Below, one piece after another: positions 63,892 through 64,000 of a stretch of DNA of 64,000 bases. The position numbers and the translations under genes were made by a program. Source of the DNA: the human T2T-CHM13v2.0 reference genome, Homo sapiens; assembly GCF_009914755.1 (NCBI RefSeq), contig NC_060941.1. One strand, 5' to 3'. The notes under the pieces were generated by a model. It was given only the letters and a program-made list of their open reading frames with translations, was not told where the DNA came from and ran no database searches. Position 1 is the first letter of the stretch. Each line of letters opens with the position of its first letter.

Positions 63892-64000
63892 TCACAATGG
63901 AACCCCAGCCCTCAGTGCCCTGGTCACTCACTTCCCCTTGGCTCTTCCCCCTCCCTCCAACCTGAGCCCCTCATCCCATGGAGGACCCTCCCTTCACTCC

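Overview
Primate (very likely human, 17q11.2-type) genomic DNA with five head-to-tail minus-strand genes. In transcription order: the last 20 coding exons of BLTP2/KIAA0100, complete RSKR/SGK494 (12 exons, 410 aa), complete SPAG5/astrin (24 exons, 1193 aa), complete ALDOC (364 aa), and the first 3 exons of PIGS. All exon chains were traced by hand and keep frame. The window is very Alu-rich and also holds a full-length SVA, MaLR/ERVL solo LTRs, hAT MITEs, MIR/L2 relics and a 3'-truncated U4 snRNA retrocopy. The main unexplained structure is a ~99%-identical inverted copy (11922-12580) of ALDOC exon 1/intron 1 (6810-7466) inside SPAG5 intron 15. It is flanked by TAGC on both sides and makes SPAG5 intronic RNA antisense to the first ALDOC splice donor; an assembly artefact cannot be excluded. 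Second, the SVA carries a 13-nt 3' transduction and sits inside an older retroposed polyadenylated fragment with its own TSD. Gene names and repeat family calls come from recognition, not database searches; repeat boundaries are approximate.
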